Shown: one piece after another, positions 48,791 to 59,546 of the stretch
Numbering within the stretch: the stretch's first letter is position 1
Layout of the letters: each line of letters opens with the position of its first letter
Source: Candidatus Latescibacterota bacterium
Lineage (GTDB): Bacteria > Latescibacterota > UBA2968 > GCA-2709665
Direction: 5' to 3'
Assembly (NCBI GenBank): GCA_965222075.1
Contig: OZ244937.1
Coordinates: 4,128,001-4,192,000, forward strand
Length of the DNA stretch: 64,000 bases
Program-made: the position numbers and the translations under genes
Notes under the pieces: model-generated
Database searches by the model: none
Seen by the model: only the letters and a program-made list of their open reading frames with translations
What the model was told of the DNA's origin: nothing

Positions 48791-50128
48791 GTGGCCGATT
48801 GTAGAAAGGAGTATACCCACGTGAGCCCATCCCCCAGAGACGACGGCTACCGGGGCATCTGGTTTACGCTCGGCCAGATGTGCGACTACGGCGACAAGTA
48901 TTCCGGCGGTCTGGGCACCTACACGGCCAAGCACGTTCCCTTAGCCGTGTACGCGCCTCAAGCCAACAAAACCTTCTTTGTCTACGGCGGTGCCAGAGGG
49001 GGACGGCGCCACCTGCTGGCTATGGCCTCCTATTACGACCACGACCGCCACCGCGTGCCCCGTCCCACCATCGTCCATGACAAAGGGGGTGTGGACGACC
49101 CCCACGACAACCCCAGCATCGCCTTGGACGAACAGGGCCACGTCTGGGTCTTTGTCAGCGGCAGGGGCCGCAAACGGCCCGGCTTCAAATACCGCAGCCT
49201 GGAACCCTGCAGCATCGACGCCTTCGAGCAGATTAGCGAAGAGGAAATGACCTACCCCCAGCCCTGGTGGATCGAAGGGCAGGGATTTCTTCACCTCTTC
49301 ACAAAATACACCGGCGTGCGCGAACTCTACTGGAACACCAGCCCCGACGGCAGGGCCTGGTCTCCGCATCGTAAACTCGCGGGCATGGACGGCCACTACC
49401 AGACCAGCCGGCAGCAGGGCACACGTGTCATCACCGCATTCAACATGCACCCCGAAGGCAAGCCGGACAAGCGCACCAACCTCTATTTTGTGCAGACCGA
49501 CGACATGGGCCAGACCTGGCGCACCGCCGACGGCTCACCCGTCGACACCCCCCTGATTGACATCGACTGTCCTGCGCTCGTGCGCGACTTCAGGTCCGAG
49601 GCCCGGCTGGTCTACATAAAAGACATCACCTTCGACCCCGAAGGCCGACCCGTCATCCTGGTCGTAGCCAGCCGGGACTATGCCCCCGGACCGGGCGGGC
49701 ATCCCCGTATCTGGACCCTCTGTCAGTGGACGGGGGAAAGCTGGCAGTTCAACGAGGTCACCACCTCCACCCACAACTACGACATGGGATCGCTCTACAT
49801 CGAAGAGGACGGACAGTACCGAATCATCGCCCCCACCGGTCCCGGGCCGCAGCGTCATGGAACGGGGGGCGAAATGGCGCTCTGGACAAGCGCCGACCGG
49901 GGCAGAACGTGGCGGAAAGAACGCGACATCACCCACAGCAGCCCCTTAAACCACGCCTACGCCCGGAACCCCGTCAACGCGCACCCCGGCTTCTATGCCT
50001 TCTGGGCGGACGGCAACCCGGATGAAATGTCGGAATCACAGCTCTATTTCACGAACAGAACGGGCGATCAGGTATGGGCGTTGCCCTACACCATGGCCGG
50101 TGATTTCGCCGAGCCTGAACCGGTTTAG
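48791..50128 (+). CDS. BNR-4 repeat-containing protein
   Basis: DKYSGGLGTYT, DPHDNPS and Asp-boxes SPDGRAW, TDDMGQTW, SADRGRTW. Confidence 0.75.
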   Translation: MADCRKEYTHVSPSPRDDGYRGIWFTLGQMCDYGDKYSGGLGTYTAKHVPLAVYAPQANKTFFVYGGARGGRRHLLAMASYYDHDRHRVPRPTIVHDKGGVDDPHDNPSIALDEQGHVWVFVSGRGRKRPGFKYRSLEPCSIDAFEQISEEEMTYPQPWWIEGQGFLHLFTKYTGVRELYWNTSPDGRAWSPHRKLAGMDGHYQTSRQQGTRVITAFNMHPEGKPDKRTNLYFVQTDDMGQTWRTADGSPVDTPLIDIDCPALVRDFRSEARLVYIKDITFDPEGRPVILVVASRDYAPGPGGHPRIWTLCQWTGESWQFNEVTTSTHNYDMGSLYIEEDGQYRIIAPTGPGPQRHGTGGEMALWTSADRGRTWRKERDITHSSPLNHAYARNPVNAHPGFYAFWADGNPDEMSESQLYFTNRTGDQVWALPYTMAGDFAEPEPV

Positions 50129-50179
50129 GCTCTCACGAAATATTTCACAGCCCCTGAAATCGCTTCAAGTCCAAACCTT

Positions 50180-53100
50180 CTACCCCAATCCCGAGAACCG
50201 CCAGCCCTCCGCCGTGTGTCCGAACATCAGGCGATCCCGCTCCCCATCTGGACGCACCACGGTAAGCTGCGATCCGTCCCACTCGCAATCCGGCGCCTCT
50301 GCTTTCCCTTTCGCCGGCCAGATCACCGTCACCAGTTCGATCCGCCGGTCCGGATCGGTCGTCGCGTGGAGCGCCCGTTCGGTAAGCTGCTGCATCACGC
50401 ACACAGGGGGATCGACACAGGCCTGTTCGACCGCCGGCGATACGAATGTGAGCGACAGGGCCGTCCCTACACCGGCGATCTCACAGCGGCCGTCGAACAG
50501 ATCGGGCTGTCCGGCCGTATGCGCCATAAACGTCACGCGCACCGGTTTGTCCGCCTTGACCTCGTCCACAATGACAAGATATCGGCCGTCCACCATCACC
50601 ACGTGCCGGCGCACACGGCGGACCTCTGGCCCGAACGACCGGTCGGCCTCGGCCGCGATTGCCCGGTAGCGCTCCGTCTCCTGCCAGTAGATAAACGTGC
50701 CGGTTCCGGGGCCCTGGGCCTGGCCGTCGATCAACACCGTACTGTAGCCATCGGGCGGGGTGCGGTAGTTGTGGCTCCGGCGGACCAGCGGCTCTCCTCC
50801 TGCAACCACCTGGATGGCATTCAGGTCCAGGCTCGTGTGTCCAAACCCCTGGACCGCATATCCGCTCTTAAACGACACGTAAAGGTCCGGATCGGGCCAG
50901 CCGGACGCCATCGCGGCCCACCGGATCTCCTCGTAGACCTGAAGGGTCTTCAACTTCAACCGGGAAGCTAAGGCAGGCGGCGCTGGGAGGTCCCCGACCT
51001 TCGTCCGTTCAACCGACCTGGGGTACTCGATGTCGGGAGAACGCCACAGCACGGTATACCAGTCTGAAGACGCACCCGTATAAGCGTCTGCATAAAGCGA
51101 GAACAGGGACTCGCCGTACCTGCGCGCCAGGAGGTGGAGAAACGGACACGCCCCTGTATTCATGCCGTCGTTGAACCCCGCCGGTACCCCACGCGGCGTG
51201 AAATACATCGGGAAGTACCCCGCCTGTCTCATCCCCGGGTGCGAGAACACCCCGTCGTCTGTCCCCAGCCCCGATTCCAGAACCGCGCCGTAGAAAACCA
51301 TGCCACTCAGAAACACCCCCCAGTAATTGATCGATTCCGGCCAGGAGCCTTCCGGCGGGAAGGCCCGCATCGGCGTCTGGACGTCCTCCCGGGCCATTGC
51401 CAGCACCGCCTCGGCGTCCAGAACCTCATCGCGCACAACCAGCGCCAGTGCGGCCGCCACACCGTCGGAAATCGGCGTCAGATTTTCAATACGTCCCTTC
51501 CAGGGCGCCGCGTCGTTCTCCATGGACCACAGATAGACCATCATCCCGTTTTCCACAAGGCTGTCTCGAAGCGCCCGCCGCTCGTCCGGGTCGAACAGCT
51601 CGTCCAGCCAGTCCAGAACGAGCGTGCAGAACATCGCCTTCCACATCAGATCCGGGTCCGCCCCGTACACCCTTGGGTCTCCCCACAGCACGTGGTCTAC
51701 CAGCACCCGCACCATATGCTTGGCCAGCAAGCCGTATTTCTCGTCACCCTCTATCAGGTAAACCAGGGCCGTGGCCATCATCAGGTGCGGGTTCCGCTGG
51801 GGAAGGGTAGCCTTCCCCAGGCCCTGCAGCAGCAACTCGTCGCTCGCCAAAATCTCCTCAATCCCAAACTCTCGCAGCTCGGTCCCGGTCGGAGTCCAGG
51901 TCGTCTCAAAAATGCTGCCGCACGCGAGCACCTCGTCCACCTCCTGCAACATCCGTTCGTAGTGAGGTCTCAACCCGCCCCGCCGCACATCTTCACGCAG
52001 CCGCACCACATCCTCGGGCCGCAGCAACACGGAAGGACAGGGCCTTTCGCCCATCACATTGCAGGGACATTCCACGCAACACGCCGCGTCCACCCCCGCC
52101 GGTGTCAGCCTCAGCCGGTACCTGCCCCTTGGCACCTCGCCGATCTCCACCTCAAAAACCTCCTCGTCGGAACCCGCAACAACCCGCCCTCGGTCCAGCA
52201 TCTTTCCCGCATCGTTCACCAGCGCAATACGCCATTCCGAACCGGCCAGGTCCGGCCCGGCCAGCCGGAACCGCCCTGTGCCCCGCTGTTCGTGGCCCCG
52301 TTCCAGGGGATCGAGCCGGACCCGTGGGGAAGGCAGAAACCGACACGTCCGTGTGGCCAGTGGGGCGCCGGTATCCGGATCGGAAAGCAGGATCTCGATG
52401 CGGTACGAATACAGAAATCCCCGGTAAGCCCCGAACAGGTAGGACAGCTCAATCACTGACCGACCCTCGCTCGGTATCCTCTCTGCAAACGGCATACGGC
52501 GGTCAAACGGGTCAACCAGCGTGACCAGCGCGTCGATCCGCTCCGTAAGTTCACCGGCGGGCTTGAGGGAGAGGTTCAACTCCTTTCGGGTCAGCCCCCG
52601 GTCCGACAGTCTCACCTCCTCGATAACCAGAGCGGGACTCAGCACCAGGCTGCCCAGCCGGTCCGCCTGCAGCGGGTCATTCACGACCGGGTATCGAACC
52701 GCCCGGCTGAGTGTGCTGACTTCCAGACCCGGCGTCACCCGGGCCTGCCCGTTGACCAGGTACCCGTCGGGGAGCATATCGGGCGGGTCCACGTCCGTCC
52801 AGTCCACCATCCGAACCACATTAAACGGCAGGTCCAGCCCGGGCCGTGGATGCACCCCCAGCATCGACCACGGCACGGTCAACACCACCGACCACCCATC
52901 CTCTCGCCCCGTCACTTCACAGCGTGCCGGTTCGCCCGACCCGGAATCCGCCCCCCGTGACAGGCTCAGTGTACCATCCGGCGAACAATCGAACCTCCAG
53001 GGTGTCTTTCCGTGCGGCACCACCGCCACGATCACCCGGTCGTCTCCCTCGTCTCGCCCCTCGCAGTCGACCGCGACCACCAGGTTTTCGGGCGTCCAAC

Positions 53101-53329
53101 GCGCCAAAACACGGGTCCGCCCCCTGGGTGTTTCAAGCGTCGGGCGCACCGGATTCATCATGTTCCGGGTGCCGCGCTTTTTGGCGTATTCAAACCCCGT
53201 CATCTTCGAGCTGTGCCGGCTGTCCCAGATGTGCTTGGCGATTTCCATACCGGCGAGCTCACCCAGAGCCGTCATCTCCTGTGTGGCCACCCAGACGTCA
53301 TTGCCGGCGAGTTCGATATCTGTTTTCAT
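50180..53329 (-). CDS. Heparinase II/III-like lyase-domain protein with an N-terminal CBM9-like domain
   Basis: EGSWPESINYW, GHTSLDLN and RHVVMV motifs; WSV.L.VPWS in the N-terminal part. Confidence 0.6.
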   Translation of the reverse strand: MKTDIELAGNDVWVATQEMTALGELAGMEIAKHIWDSRHSSKMTGFEYAKKRGTRNMMNPVRPTLETPRGRTRVLARWTPENLVVAVDCEGRDEGDDRVIVAVVPHGKTPWRFDCSPDGTLSLSRGADSGSGEPARCEVTGREDGWSVVLTVPWSMLGVHPRPGLDLPFNVVRMVDWTDVDPPDMLPDGYLVNGQARVTPGLEVSTLSRAVRYPVVNDPLQADRLGSLVLSPALVIEEVRLSDRGLTRKELNLSLKPAGELTERIDALVTLVDPFDRRMPFAERIPSEGRSVIELSYLFGAYRGFLYSYRIEILLSDPDTGAPLATRTCRFLPSPRVRLDPLERGHEQRGTGRFRLAGPDLAGSEWRIALVNDAGKMLDRGRVVAGSDEEVFEVEIGEVPRGRYRLRLTPAGVDAACCVECPCNVMGERPCPSVLLRPEDVVRLREDVRRGGLRPHYERMLQEVDEVLACGSIFETTWTPTGTELREFGIEEILASDELLLQGLGKATLPQRNPHLMMATALVYLIEGDEKYGLLAKHMVRVLVDHVLWGDPRVYGADPDLMWKAMFCTLVLDWLDELFDPDERRALRDSLVENGMMVYLWSMENDAAPWKGRIENLTPISDGVAAALALVVRDEVLDAEAVLAMAREDVQTPMRAFPPEGSWPESINYWGVFLSGMVFYGAVLESGLGTDDGVFSHPGMRQAGYFPMYFTPRGVPAGFNDGMNTGACPFLHLLARRYGESLFSLYADAYTGASSDWYTVLWRSPDIEYPRSVERTKVGDLPAPPALASRLKLKTLQVYEEIRWAAMASGWPDPDLYVSFKSGYAVQGFGHTSLDLNAIQVVAGGEPLVRRSHNYRTPPDGYSTVLIDGQAQGPGTGTFIYWQETERYRAIAAEADRSFGPEVRRVRRHVVMVDGRYLVIVDEVKADKPVRVTFMAHTAGQPDLFDGRCEIAGVGTALSLTFVSPAVEQACVDPPVCVMQQLTERALHATTDPDRRIELVTVIWPAKGKAEAPDCEWDGSQLTVVRPDGERDRLMFGHTAEGWRFSGLG

Positions 53330-53364
53330 GCTGTCGATCTCCTAAAATTACTGAACGACCCCTT

Positions 53365-54171
53365 TCAGGACGTAACCCTATTCTCATGCGGCCGGACATA
53401 ACTGAAATACCGGGTAATTTCGACAAAGCCCATCCGGCGGTAAAGCGGCTCCCCCATCTTCGACGCCTGGAGTGAGGCCATCCTCGCCCCCAGGTCGAAC
53501 CCGGCATTGGTCGCCGTCCGGGTAACCGCCTCTCCCAGGCCCCTTCCCCTTACCGCCTCCTTTGTCACCACCCAGCCCACCCACGCAACACCGTGACTCA
53601 CAAGGGTCAACGCGGCCGAAACAGGAGCGCCTTCGAGGTAGGCCACAAAGCCGGCGATGTGGGGCGCAACCAGGCTTCGAACATCGGCAAACAGGGTATG
53701 GACAAACCCTTTCATCCCCGCATCGTCGCCTTCGAAGACCTCGGCGTTCACCCCTGCGAAATCGCGTGCCTCCGGCTCGCCGCTCACCCGCCGAATCTCA
53801 ATGCCGGGCGGCGTCTCATAGTCCTCAAAACGGTGCTCTAAAATCATACCCGCGTTATCGTACATACGGGTAAAACCCGCCTCCAGCAGCCGCTTTTCAA
53901 GGTCGGAATCGGCGTGAGCGCGGACCATAACGGTATAGTCGTGTCCCCGGGCGCCAAAAAACGCATCGGCCTGCGCAAGCACCTCCTCCGCCGGCATCAA
54001 CACATCGGTCCGCTTGGCCCCGTTGACAAATGCACGGGTCGGATGGGCCCCGGCATGGAGCAACAGCCCGTCTCCCTCCTGGATCACGCCTCCTCGGGAC
54101 CGGCGGATATGTTCGCGGTAGGCCTCCCACAAACTGATATCCGACAGCCGCACCAGTTCATCCTGTTCCAC
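53365..54171 (-). CDS. GNAT family acetyltransferase
   Basis: RGRGLGEAVT and LQASKMGEPLYRRMGF motifs. Confidence 0.8.
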   Translation of the reverse strand: MEQDELVRLSDISLWEAYREHIRRSRGGVIQEGDGLLLHAGAHPTRAFVNGAKRTDVLMPAEEVLAQADAFFGARGHDYTVMVRAHADSDLEKRLLEAGFTRMYDNAGMILEHRFEDYETPPGIEIRRVSGEPEARDFAGVNAEVFEGDDAGMKGFVHTLFADVRSLVAPHIAGFVAYLEGAPVSAALTLVSHGVAWVGWVVTKEAVRGRGLGEAVTRTATNAGFDLGARMASLQASKMGEPLYRRMGFVEITRYFSYVRPHENRVTS

Positions 54172-54193
54172 GGTCCCTCCTTTCCGGCACGCG

Positions 54194-55642
54194 CTATACA
54201 AACGGATACATCCGATCCGGATCGTATCCCGGCATCAGATTCCTGTGCGCCTGTCCCACGATCAGCTTCTCCCCGTCGGTAAACCCTTCGGGCCGCTCCT
54301 TGAGAAAATCGATCAGTTTCTCCCGCCAGGGCCCAAGCCCGGCCTCGGCGTCGGCTTCCAGTGCCAGGTCGTGCATCTCGTTCGGATCTTCATCCAAGTT
54401 GAACAGGTGCTCCGTGCCCGTCTGCGTATACCAGATATACTTGTGATGACCGTCGGTAATATACTGGTTGCCCTGCTTATACTCGTAACACCCCGCGTGC
54501 TCCCCGTGCAGCAGGTCCCGCACCCGCTCTGCCTCTCCCCGCATCATCGGCAGCAGGCTCTTGCCCGTGCAGGTCTCCGGAATCTCCAGACCGGCCGCAT
54601 CCAGCACCGTCGGCATAATATCCTGAAGCCCCACGGGACTGTCGCAGACGGCCTCCTCCGGATACCCCCAGCTCCTGGGCGCGCGCACGATGAACGGGAT
54701 GCGGGCAGACGCCTCGTACGGCCAGGTCTTGCGAAACAGATTGTGGTCGCCCAGCATCTCCCCGTGGTCGGACGTAAAAATAATCAAACAATCCTCAAGA
54801 ACGCCCCTGGCGTGCTGGTACAACCGGCCGATTTGCTCGTCGATAAAATTCACCATCCCGTAATAGGCCGCGCGAGAACATCGCATATCGTTTTCGTCCA
54901 GGCAGATCCGGGATGCGTTCGGGTCCAGCCCTTTTTGCGGCCCGTCGAACGCGGGCGCCCAGTCTCCCACCACCGGCTCGGGCAGATCCCTTCGGATGTA
55001 GCGATCGTAATAGAACCTCGGCGGTGTGAACGGCGGGTGAGGATCGATCATAGAAATCTTCAAAAAAAACGGCGCCGTCGGGTCGTGCTTCTTCAGAAAC
55101 GTCATCGCCTGGTCTATACACCAGAACGTGTGCATCTGTTCCTCGGGCAGATGGTGGGGCCGGCCCACCCACCCGTTGGACGAAAGCCCGTGCGCCATCC
55201 CCGGGTCGACCTCCATCCGTCCGTGTTGATCCCGCAGCCAGTCCACATAATCGTTCTCCCTGCCCCGGGTCGCATCGGCCAGGAGCATGTGGTCGAACCC
55301 GTAGCGTTTTCTAACCGGATGCAGGTGGAGCTTGCCGATCAGCTGCGTCTGGTACCCGGCCTTAGACAGCTCTCCCGGCAGCGTGTGCGCCGTATGCCAT
55401 TCCACCCCCTGAAACCCCACCACCCCGTTGGCCGCCGGCGCCGTGCCCGTCATCAGGCTCCGCCGGGCCGGAATACAACTGGGACATTCCGAATACCCGC
55501 GCCGGAAGTGCGTCCCCGTCCTGCCGATCCAGTCTAAGTTGGGCGTCTGAAGCGCCCCTGGCGCGCACGGATCGATCCCTACACAGTCCCCCCGCTGCTG
55601 ATCGGTGATAAACAGGATAATATTCGGACGAGATTGGGGCAT
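54194..55642 (-). CDS. Arylsulfatase/sulfatase
   Basis: PNILFIITDQQR, CIPARRSLMTG, GKLH and SDHG motifs. Confidence 0.9.
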   Translation of the reverse strand: MPQSRPNIILFITDQQRGDCVGIDPCAPGALQTPNLDWIGRTGTHFRRGYSECPSCIPARRSLMTGTAPAANGVVGFQGVEWHTAHTLPGELSKAGYQTQLIGKLHLHPVRKRYGFDHMLLADATRGRENDYVDWLRDQHGRMEVDPGMAHGLSSNGWVGRPHHLPEEQMHTFWCIDQAMTFLKKHDPTAPFFLKISMIDPHPPFTPPRFYYDRYIRRDLPEPVVGDWAPAFDGPQKGLDPNASRICLDENDMRCSRAAYYGMVNFIDEQIGRLYQHARGVLEDCLIIFTSDHGEMLGDHNLFRKTWPYEASARIPFIVRAPRSWGYPEEAVCDSPVGLQDIMPTVLDAAGLEIPETCTGKSLLPMMRGEAERVRDLLHGEHAGCYEYKQGNQYITDGHHKYIWYTQTGTEHLFNLDEDPNEMHDLALEADAEAGLGPWREKLIDFLKERPEGFTDGEKLIVGQAHRNLMPGYDPDRMYPFV

Positions 55643-55858
55643 GGTCGTCGGACTCCTTTTGGGTGGAAATATGGAAAGGGGGGCGAATAACAGTTGTGTT
55701 TTCTACTTCAATTGCGCAGTATAAGAGGCCCTCACCCTCGCATACGGGAAAGGAGGAGATCGGGTCTGCAGAAAATCAATCCTTTTAAGAAGCTGCTACT
55801 ACTTTGGAAAGTAACCTTTCGGTACTCAGGTCCAACTGTCTTAACAGGAGCAAATATC

Positions 55859-56593
55859 ATGATCACGAACAAAATCCTCGAAAGAATCCGGAACGGTGAA
55901 AAGGCTCTGGGGGTAAGCATGAGCCAACCCTCCACCGAGATTGTGGAACTGGCCGGCCGCATGGGCCTCGATTTCGTCGGCCTCGACGCCCAGCACTCGC
56001 CGGTTTCGCCGGAAATGGTCCAGGAGATCTGCCGCATCGCCGACGGCTTCGGCGTTACCGTCACCATGCGCATCCCGGACGGCCGGGAAAGCACGATCCT
56101 CAGCTATCTGGACCGGGGCGTGAGGGAGATCCAGATCCCCAACCTCCAGACCAGGGAAGAGGCCAAAGCCCTGGTCAAATACGCCTACTTTGCGCCCGAA
56201 GGGCTGAGAAGCGCCACCAGTGTCCGCACCGCCTTCAACCAGAAAACCGGGGACTACACGCAGCTGTATGCCAAAATCAACGCCAATACCGTCCTGGTCC
56301 CCCAGCTTGAAAGCATCACCGTCCTGGAGAACCTGGACGACATCCTCACCGTTGACGGTATCGACTATTTCGCCCGGGGGCCGGAGGACATGGCCCAGTC
56401 CCTGGGGTTGACGGGGCAGGCCACGCACCCCAAAGTCCAGGAAGCGTATGCCAGAATCGACGAAAAACTCCACGCAGCCGGAAAACACTGGATCAACGAG
56501 TTCACCGAAAGCGTCTCCGTCTTATTCCTGGTGAATGAGGCGGCCGAAGCCCTGCTGAAAAAACACGGCCGCGAGTCTCAGCTGAGGTGGTAA
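55859..56593 (+). CDS. HpcH/HpaI aldolase family protein
   Basis: DFVGLDAQH, PEGLRS, QLES and GPEDM motifs. Confidence 0.8.
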   Translation: MITNKILERIRNGEKALGVSMSQPSTEIVELAGRMGLDFVGLDAQHSPVSPEMVQEICRIADGFGVTVTMRIPDGRESTILSYLDRGVREIQIPNLQTREEAKALVKYAYFAPEGLRSATSVRTAFNQKTGDYTQLYAKINANTVLVPQLESITVLENLDDILTVDGIDYFARGPEDMAQSLGLTGQATHPKVQEAYARIDEKLHAAGKHWINEFTESVSVLFLVNEAAEALLKKHGRESQLRW

Positions 56594-56652
56594 CACACCA
56601 GATCCGGAATGAGGTTTAAAAGAATAAAACGTACTAATGTATCCCTCTCTTT

Positions 56653-57711
56653 TCAGTACCGATAAGCCTCAAGCGTCAACCCTGCAATCGATTCCCAGGA
56701 CAGAGACTCGGCCTGGCGATATGCAGCCCTCCCGCAGGCCGCCAGGTCGCGCTCCTGAACGGTCACCATCGCCTCCTTCAGCGCATCCGGTTGACCCGGA
56801 TCGTAGACAACCCCCATGCGCTTATCCACCAGCTCCGGCAGGCAGCCGATGCCGGGCACGATCACTGGTCGGGCAAACGACATCGCCGTAATGGCCGACC
56901 CGGATGTCAAAACGTCCACGAACGGCAGAACCACAACGTCTGCGGCGTTGAGGTAAAGCTGAAAATCCTCACTGGGAAAAAAGCTCGACGTGCGGACAAC
57001 AATGCGCGGGTCGGCCTCCTGGGCCCCCTCGACCAGCTTCTCGCCATAGTCGTTGTACACCTTGGCCGCCATAAGCAGGGCCAGGTCGTCGCCGGGCAAA
57101 CCGGAAAAAACCTTCAGGAGCTGTTCCAGTCCTTTGTACGGCCGTACATTGCCAAAGAAAAGGTAAACGAACCGCCCCCCGGCCAGGCCCAGTTTCCGGC
57201 GGGCCTCTTCGCGGGAGATCGTATTCGGATACGCGTCGATAAAATGGCCGTGTGGGATCGTAAACACCCCTCCGCTGCGGTAGAAATGCTCCTGCACGCG
57301 TTCTCGGGCGTACTCGCAGTGCACGATAAGCGCCGTTGCCAGCTGGGTAATCGCAAGACGGGCCAGGCGGTGCAGCTCGAAATGGGCACGCTCGTGGGGA
57401 TAGAGATTGTGCACCGTCCAGACCACCTTATACCCCAGCGAACGCGCCCGGACCAGGTGTCCGATCAGTTCCGTACATCGGGAAACGCAGTCGTCCAGAT
57501 CAGGCGCGTCGTACATGTAATGCGGCCAGTTGAGATGAAGCACATCCACCTGGCCCTGGTTCTCCAGAAGCCAGGCCTCGTTGAGGTCTTCGTCATAACC
57601 GGCAATCAGTTCGGCGCCCAGTCCGGCCATCGCCCGGGCGAGCAGCCCGCCGTAAGGATTGGACCGCACCAGCGAAAGGCCCCCAGACCCCCAGTAGAAA
57701 ACGGATCGCAT
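56653..57711 (-). CDS. GT4-type glycosyltransferase
   Basis: WTVHN, FFGNVRPYKG and ADVVVLPF...SG motifs. Confidence 0.85.
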   Translation of the reverse strand: MRSVFYWGSGGLSLVRSNPYGGLLARAMAGLGAELIAGYDEDLNEAWLLENQGQVDVLHLNWPHYMYDAPDLDDCVSRCTELIGHLVRARSLGYKVVWTVHNLYPHERAHFELHRLARLAITQLATALIVHCEYARERVQEHFYRSGGVFTIPHGHFIDAYPNTISREEARRKLGLAGGRFVYLFFGNVRPYKGLEQLLKVFSGLPGDDLALLMAAKVYNDYGEKLVEGAQEADPRIVVRTSSFFPSEDFQLYLNAADVVVLPFVDVLTSGSAITAMSFARPVIVPGIGCLPELVDKRMGVVYDPGQPDALKEAMVTVQERDLAACGRAAYRQAESLSWESIAGLTLEAYRY

Positions 57712-57744
57712 CTGTATGGTTTCTCCTGTAGATCGAAACAATAT

Positions 57745-59142
57745 TCATTCTGCAATCACATGTTTCTTGAACACGAAAGCACCCAGCTCATAGCTCAGCA
57801 CACGGCCGTCCTCGCCAAACGTGAACACCGCCCGTTCGCCCGAAGCCCGGCCCCCGCGAACGACCCATTCATCCTCTCTATCCGTAGGTTGCAGCTCCGC
57901 CGGGGCGTGCAGAGAATACGCCGATCTCCCGTGCCCTGCAAGCCGCAGCCTGCCGTCGCGATACTCGATGTCCACATCGATCCCCGGTTCGGCGCAGTAG
58001 TGACCCAGAAACCGCTTGAGCGCCTCCGGCGTGGGATCGAGCCTCGGCCGCTCGGGTGGGGAACCCTCGGCTTCCTCTTCTTCCAGGACCATCTCCAGCA
58101 CCTCCTGCGCAAGCTCAAGCCCCCCGTGCGGCGGCCACATATTGATCAGCAGAACCGCACCGGTCCTGCTCGGCGCGTTGAACCACACCTGCGTGCCGAA
58201 CCCGTGAATCCCGCCCCCGTGATTGTGGTAAACGTGATCCTCGACCCGCGTCGCCCGCCAGCCCAAGCACTGCCCTGCCGACCAGTCCGGCTCGACGTAC
58301 TGCGGCCGCTGGATCTCCGCAAGCGTGGACCCGTTCAGCACCTGCGCGCCGCCCCGGTTCCCGCCCTCCGTGCGAAACTGGAACGATACCCACTTTGCTA
58401 AGTCGCTCACCGTCGAATGCAGCTGACCCGCCGCCGAGATCCCATCCAGATGCGCGTAAGGCGCCCGTTCCGGCCGATCCTGGTAGGGCGTCGGGTTGTA
58501 GCCCACAAAAAAGTGGGGTCTCAGCTCGTCGGTCAGGTCGAAAACCGTAGACGTCAAACCGAGCGGCTCGATAATATGCTCGCGGACATACTCGGTATAC
58601 GGCTGTTCGGAGAGCCGGTACACCACCTCCCCCAGCAGCCCGAATCCCAGGTTCGAATACTTCCACGCCGAATCCGATGGAATCACGACCTCCGTCTCCG
58701 GCAGCTTCTCCAGGACCTCTTCCCGACTCGGAAACCGCAGCACCCCCCAGCCCTGTGTTGGCGACTCCGTAACCAGGCCGGAGCGATGGGTCAGCAACCG
58801 CCGGATCGTCACCCCTTCAACACTGCCGCACCTCGCCCGGACCTCCGCGAACTCGGGCACATGCTGCACCAGCGGATCGTCCAGCCTCAGCTTCCCCTCG
58901 TCCCGCAGTTGCATAATCGCCGTCGTCGTAAATGTCTTCGTCACCGAAGCCACCCGCGCAATCGTATACGCATCCGGCCTTCGGTCAGAATCCAGGTCCA
59001 CAGACCCGAACCCCCCGAACCAGGCCAACTCCTGGTCGCGAACAATTCCCAGCGCCAGACCCGGAATACGGTACTCTGCAACCCTCGCCTCGGCCAGACC
59101 TTCGATCTCCGGAATCAGCTCCCTTAGAACACAATCTGCCAC
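57745..59142 (-). CDS. Serine hydrolase (beta-lactamase family)
   Basis: ASVTK, YSN and HGGG motifs. Confidence 0.85.
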   Translation of the reverse strand: MADCVLRELIPEIEGLAEARVAEYRIPGLALGIVRDQELAWFGGFGSVDLDSDRRPDAYTIARVASVTKTFTTTAIMQLRDEGKLRLDDPLVQHVPEFAEVRARCGSVEGVTIRRLLTHRSGLVTESPTQGWGVLRFPSREEVLEKLPETEVVIPSDSAWKYSNLGFGLLGEVVYRLSEQPYTEYVREHIIEPLGLTSTVFDLTDELRPHFFVGYNPTPYQDRPERAPYAHLDGISAAGQLHSTVSDLAKWVSFQFRTEGGNRGGAQVLNGSTLAEIQRPQYVEPDWSAGQCLGWRATRVEDHVYHNHGGGIHGFGTQVWFNAPSRTGAVLLINMWPPHGGLELAQEVLEMVLEEEEAEGSPPERPRLDPTPEALKRFLGHYCAEPGIDVDIEYRDGRLRLAGHGRSAYSLHAPAELQPTDREDEWVVRGGRASGERAVFTFGEDGRVLSYELGAFVFKKHVIAE

Positions 59143-59339
59143 CGGCGGCCTCCTCTTGGAACAGACAATGGACGGCAGACAAAGCGATCAACTACCAAAC
59201 CGAACACCCGCCGATTTCGATGCTGTCTCTGACTTCGCCATCCCGCAGACCCTCTCGACTGTATCGGACACCGCTCCAAGTGCAATTTCCCCTTGAAATA
59301 TGAACAAGCGTGCGTATATTACGCCTGTCACGCCCAGGA

Positions 59340-59546
59340 ATGCCTGATAACCCCGATGCCATCGATATCCACTGCTGCCCGTTGAAGTACTGCCGGCAGC
59401 ACCCGGAAGTCCTTCGCCGGATTGGCGATGCAGACCTGATATCGCTTGCCAGGGAGAGCCCCGCCCACCTCCTGGACAGCACGCCCGAAGTCCTCATGAA
59501 AACCTGTCTGAAGGTCCTCAAAGCCGTCACAGGAGAATCACCATGA
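59340..59546 (+). CDS. Small hypothetical protein
   Basis: ATGA overlap with the PhyH gene; follows a TTGAAA-16-TATATT promoter-like site at 59293-59320. Confidence 0.35.
   Translation: MPDNPDAIDIHCCPLKYCRQHPEVLRRIGDADLISLARESPAHLLDSTPEVLMKTCLKVLKAVTGESP

Noticed and set aside
48700-50128. Integron integrase at the head of the array
   Set aside because: The divergent ORF is a BNR-repeat protein with no tyrosine-recombinase RHRY motifs.
57745-59142. Beta-lactam resistance gene
   Set aside because: The motifs fit a generic serine hydrolase (HGG rather than KTG) and there is no signal peptide.
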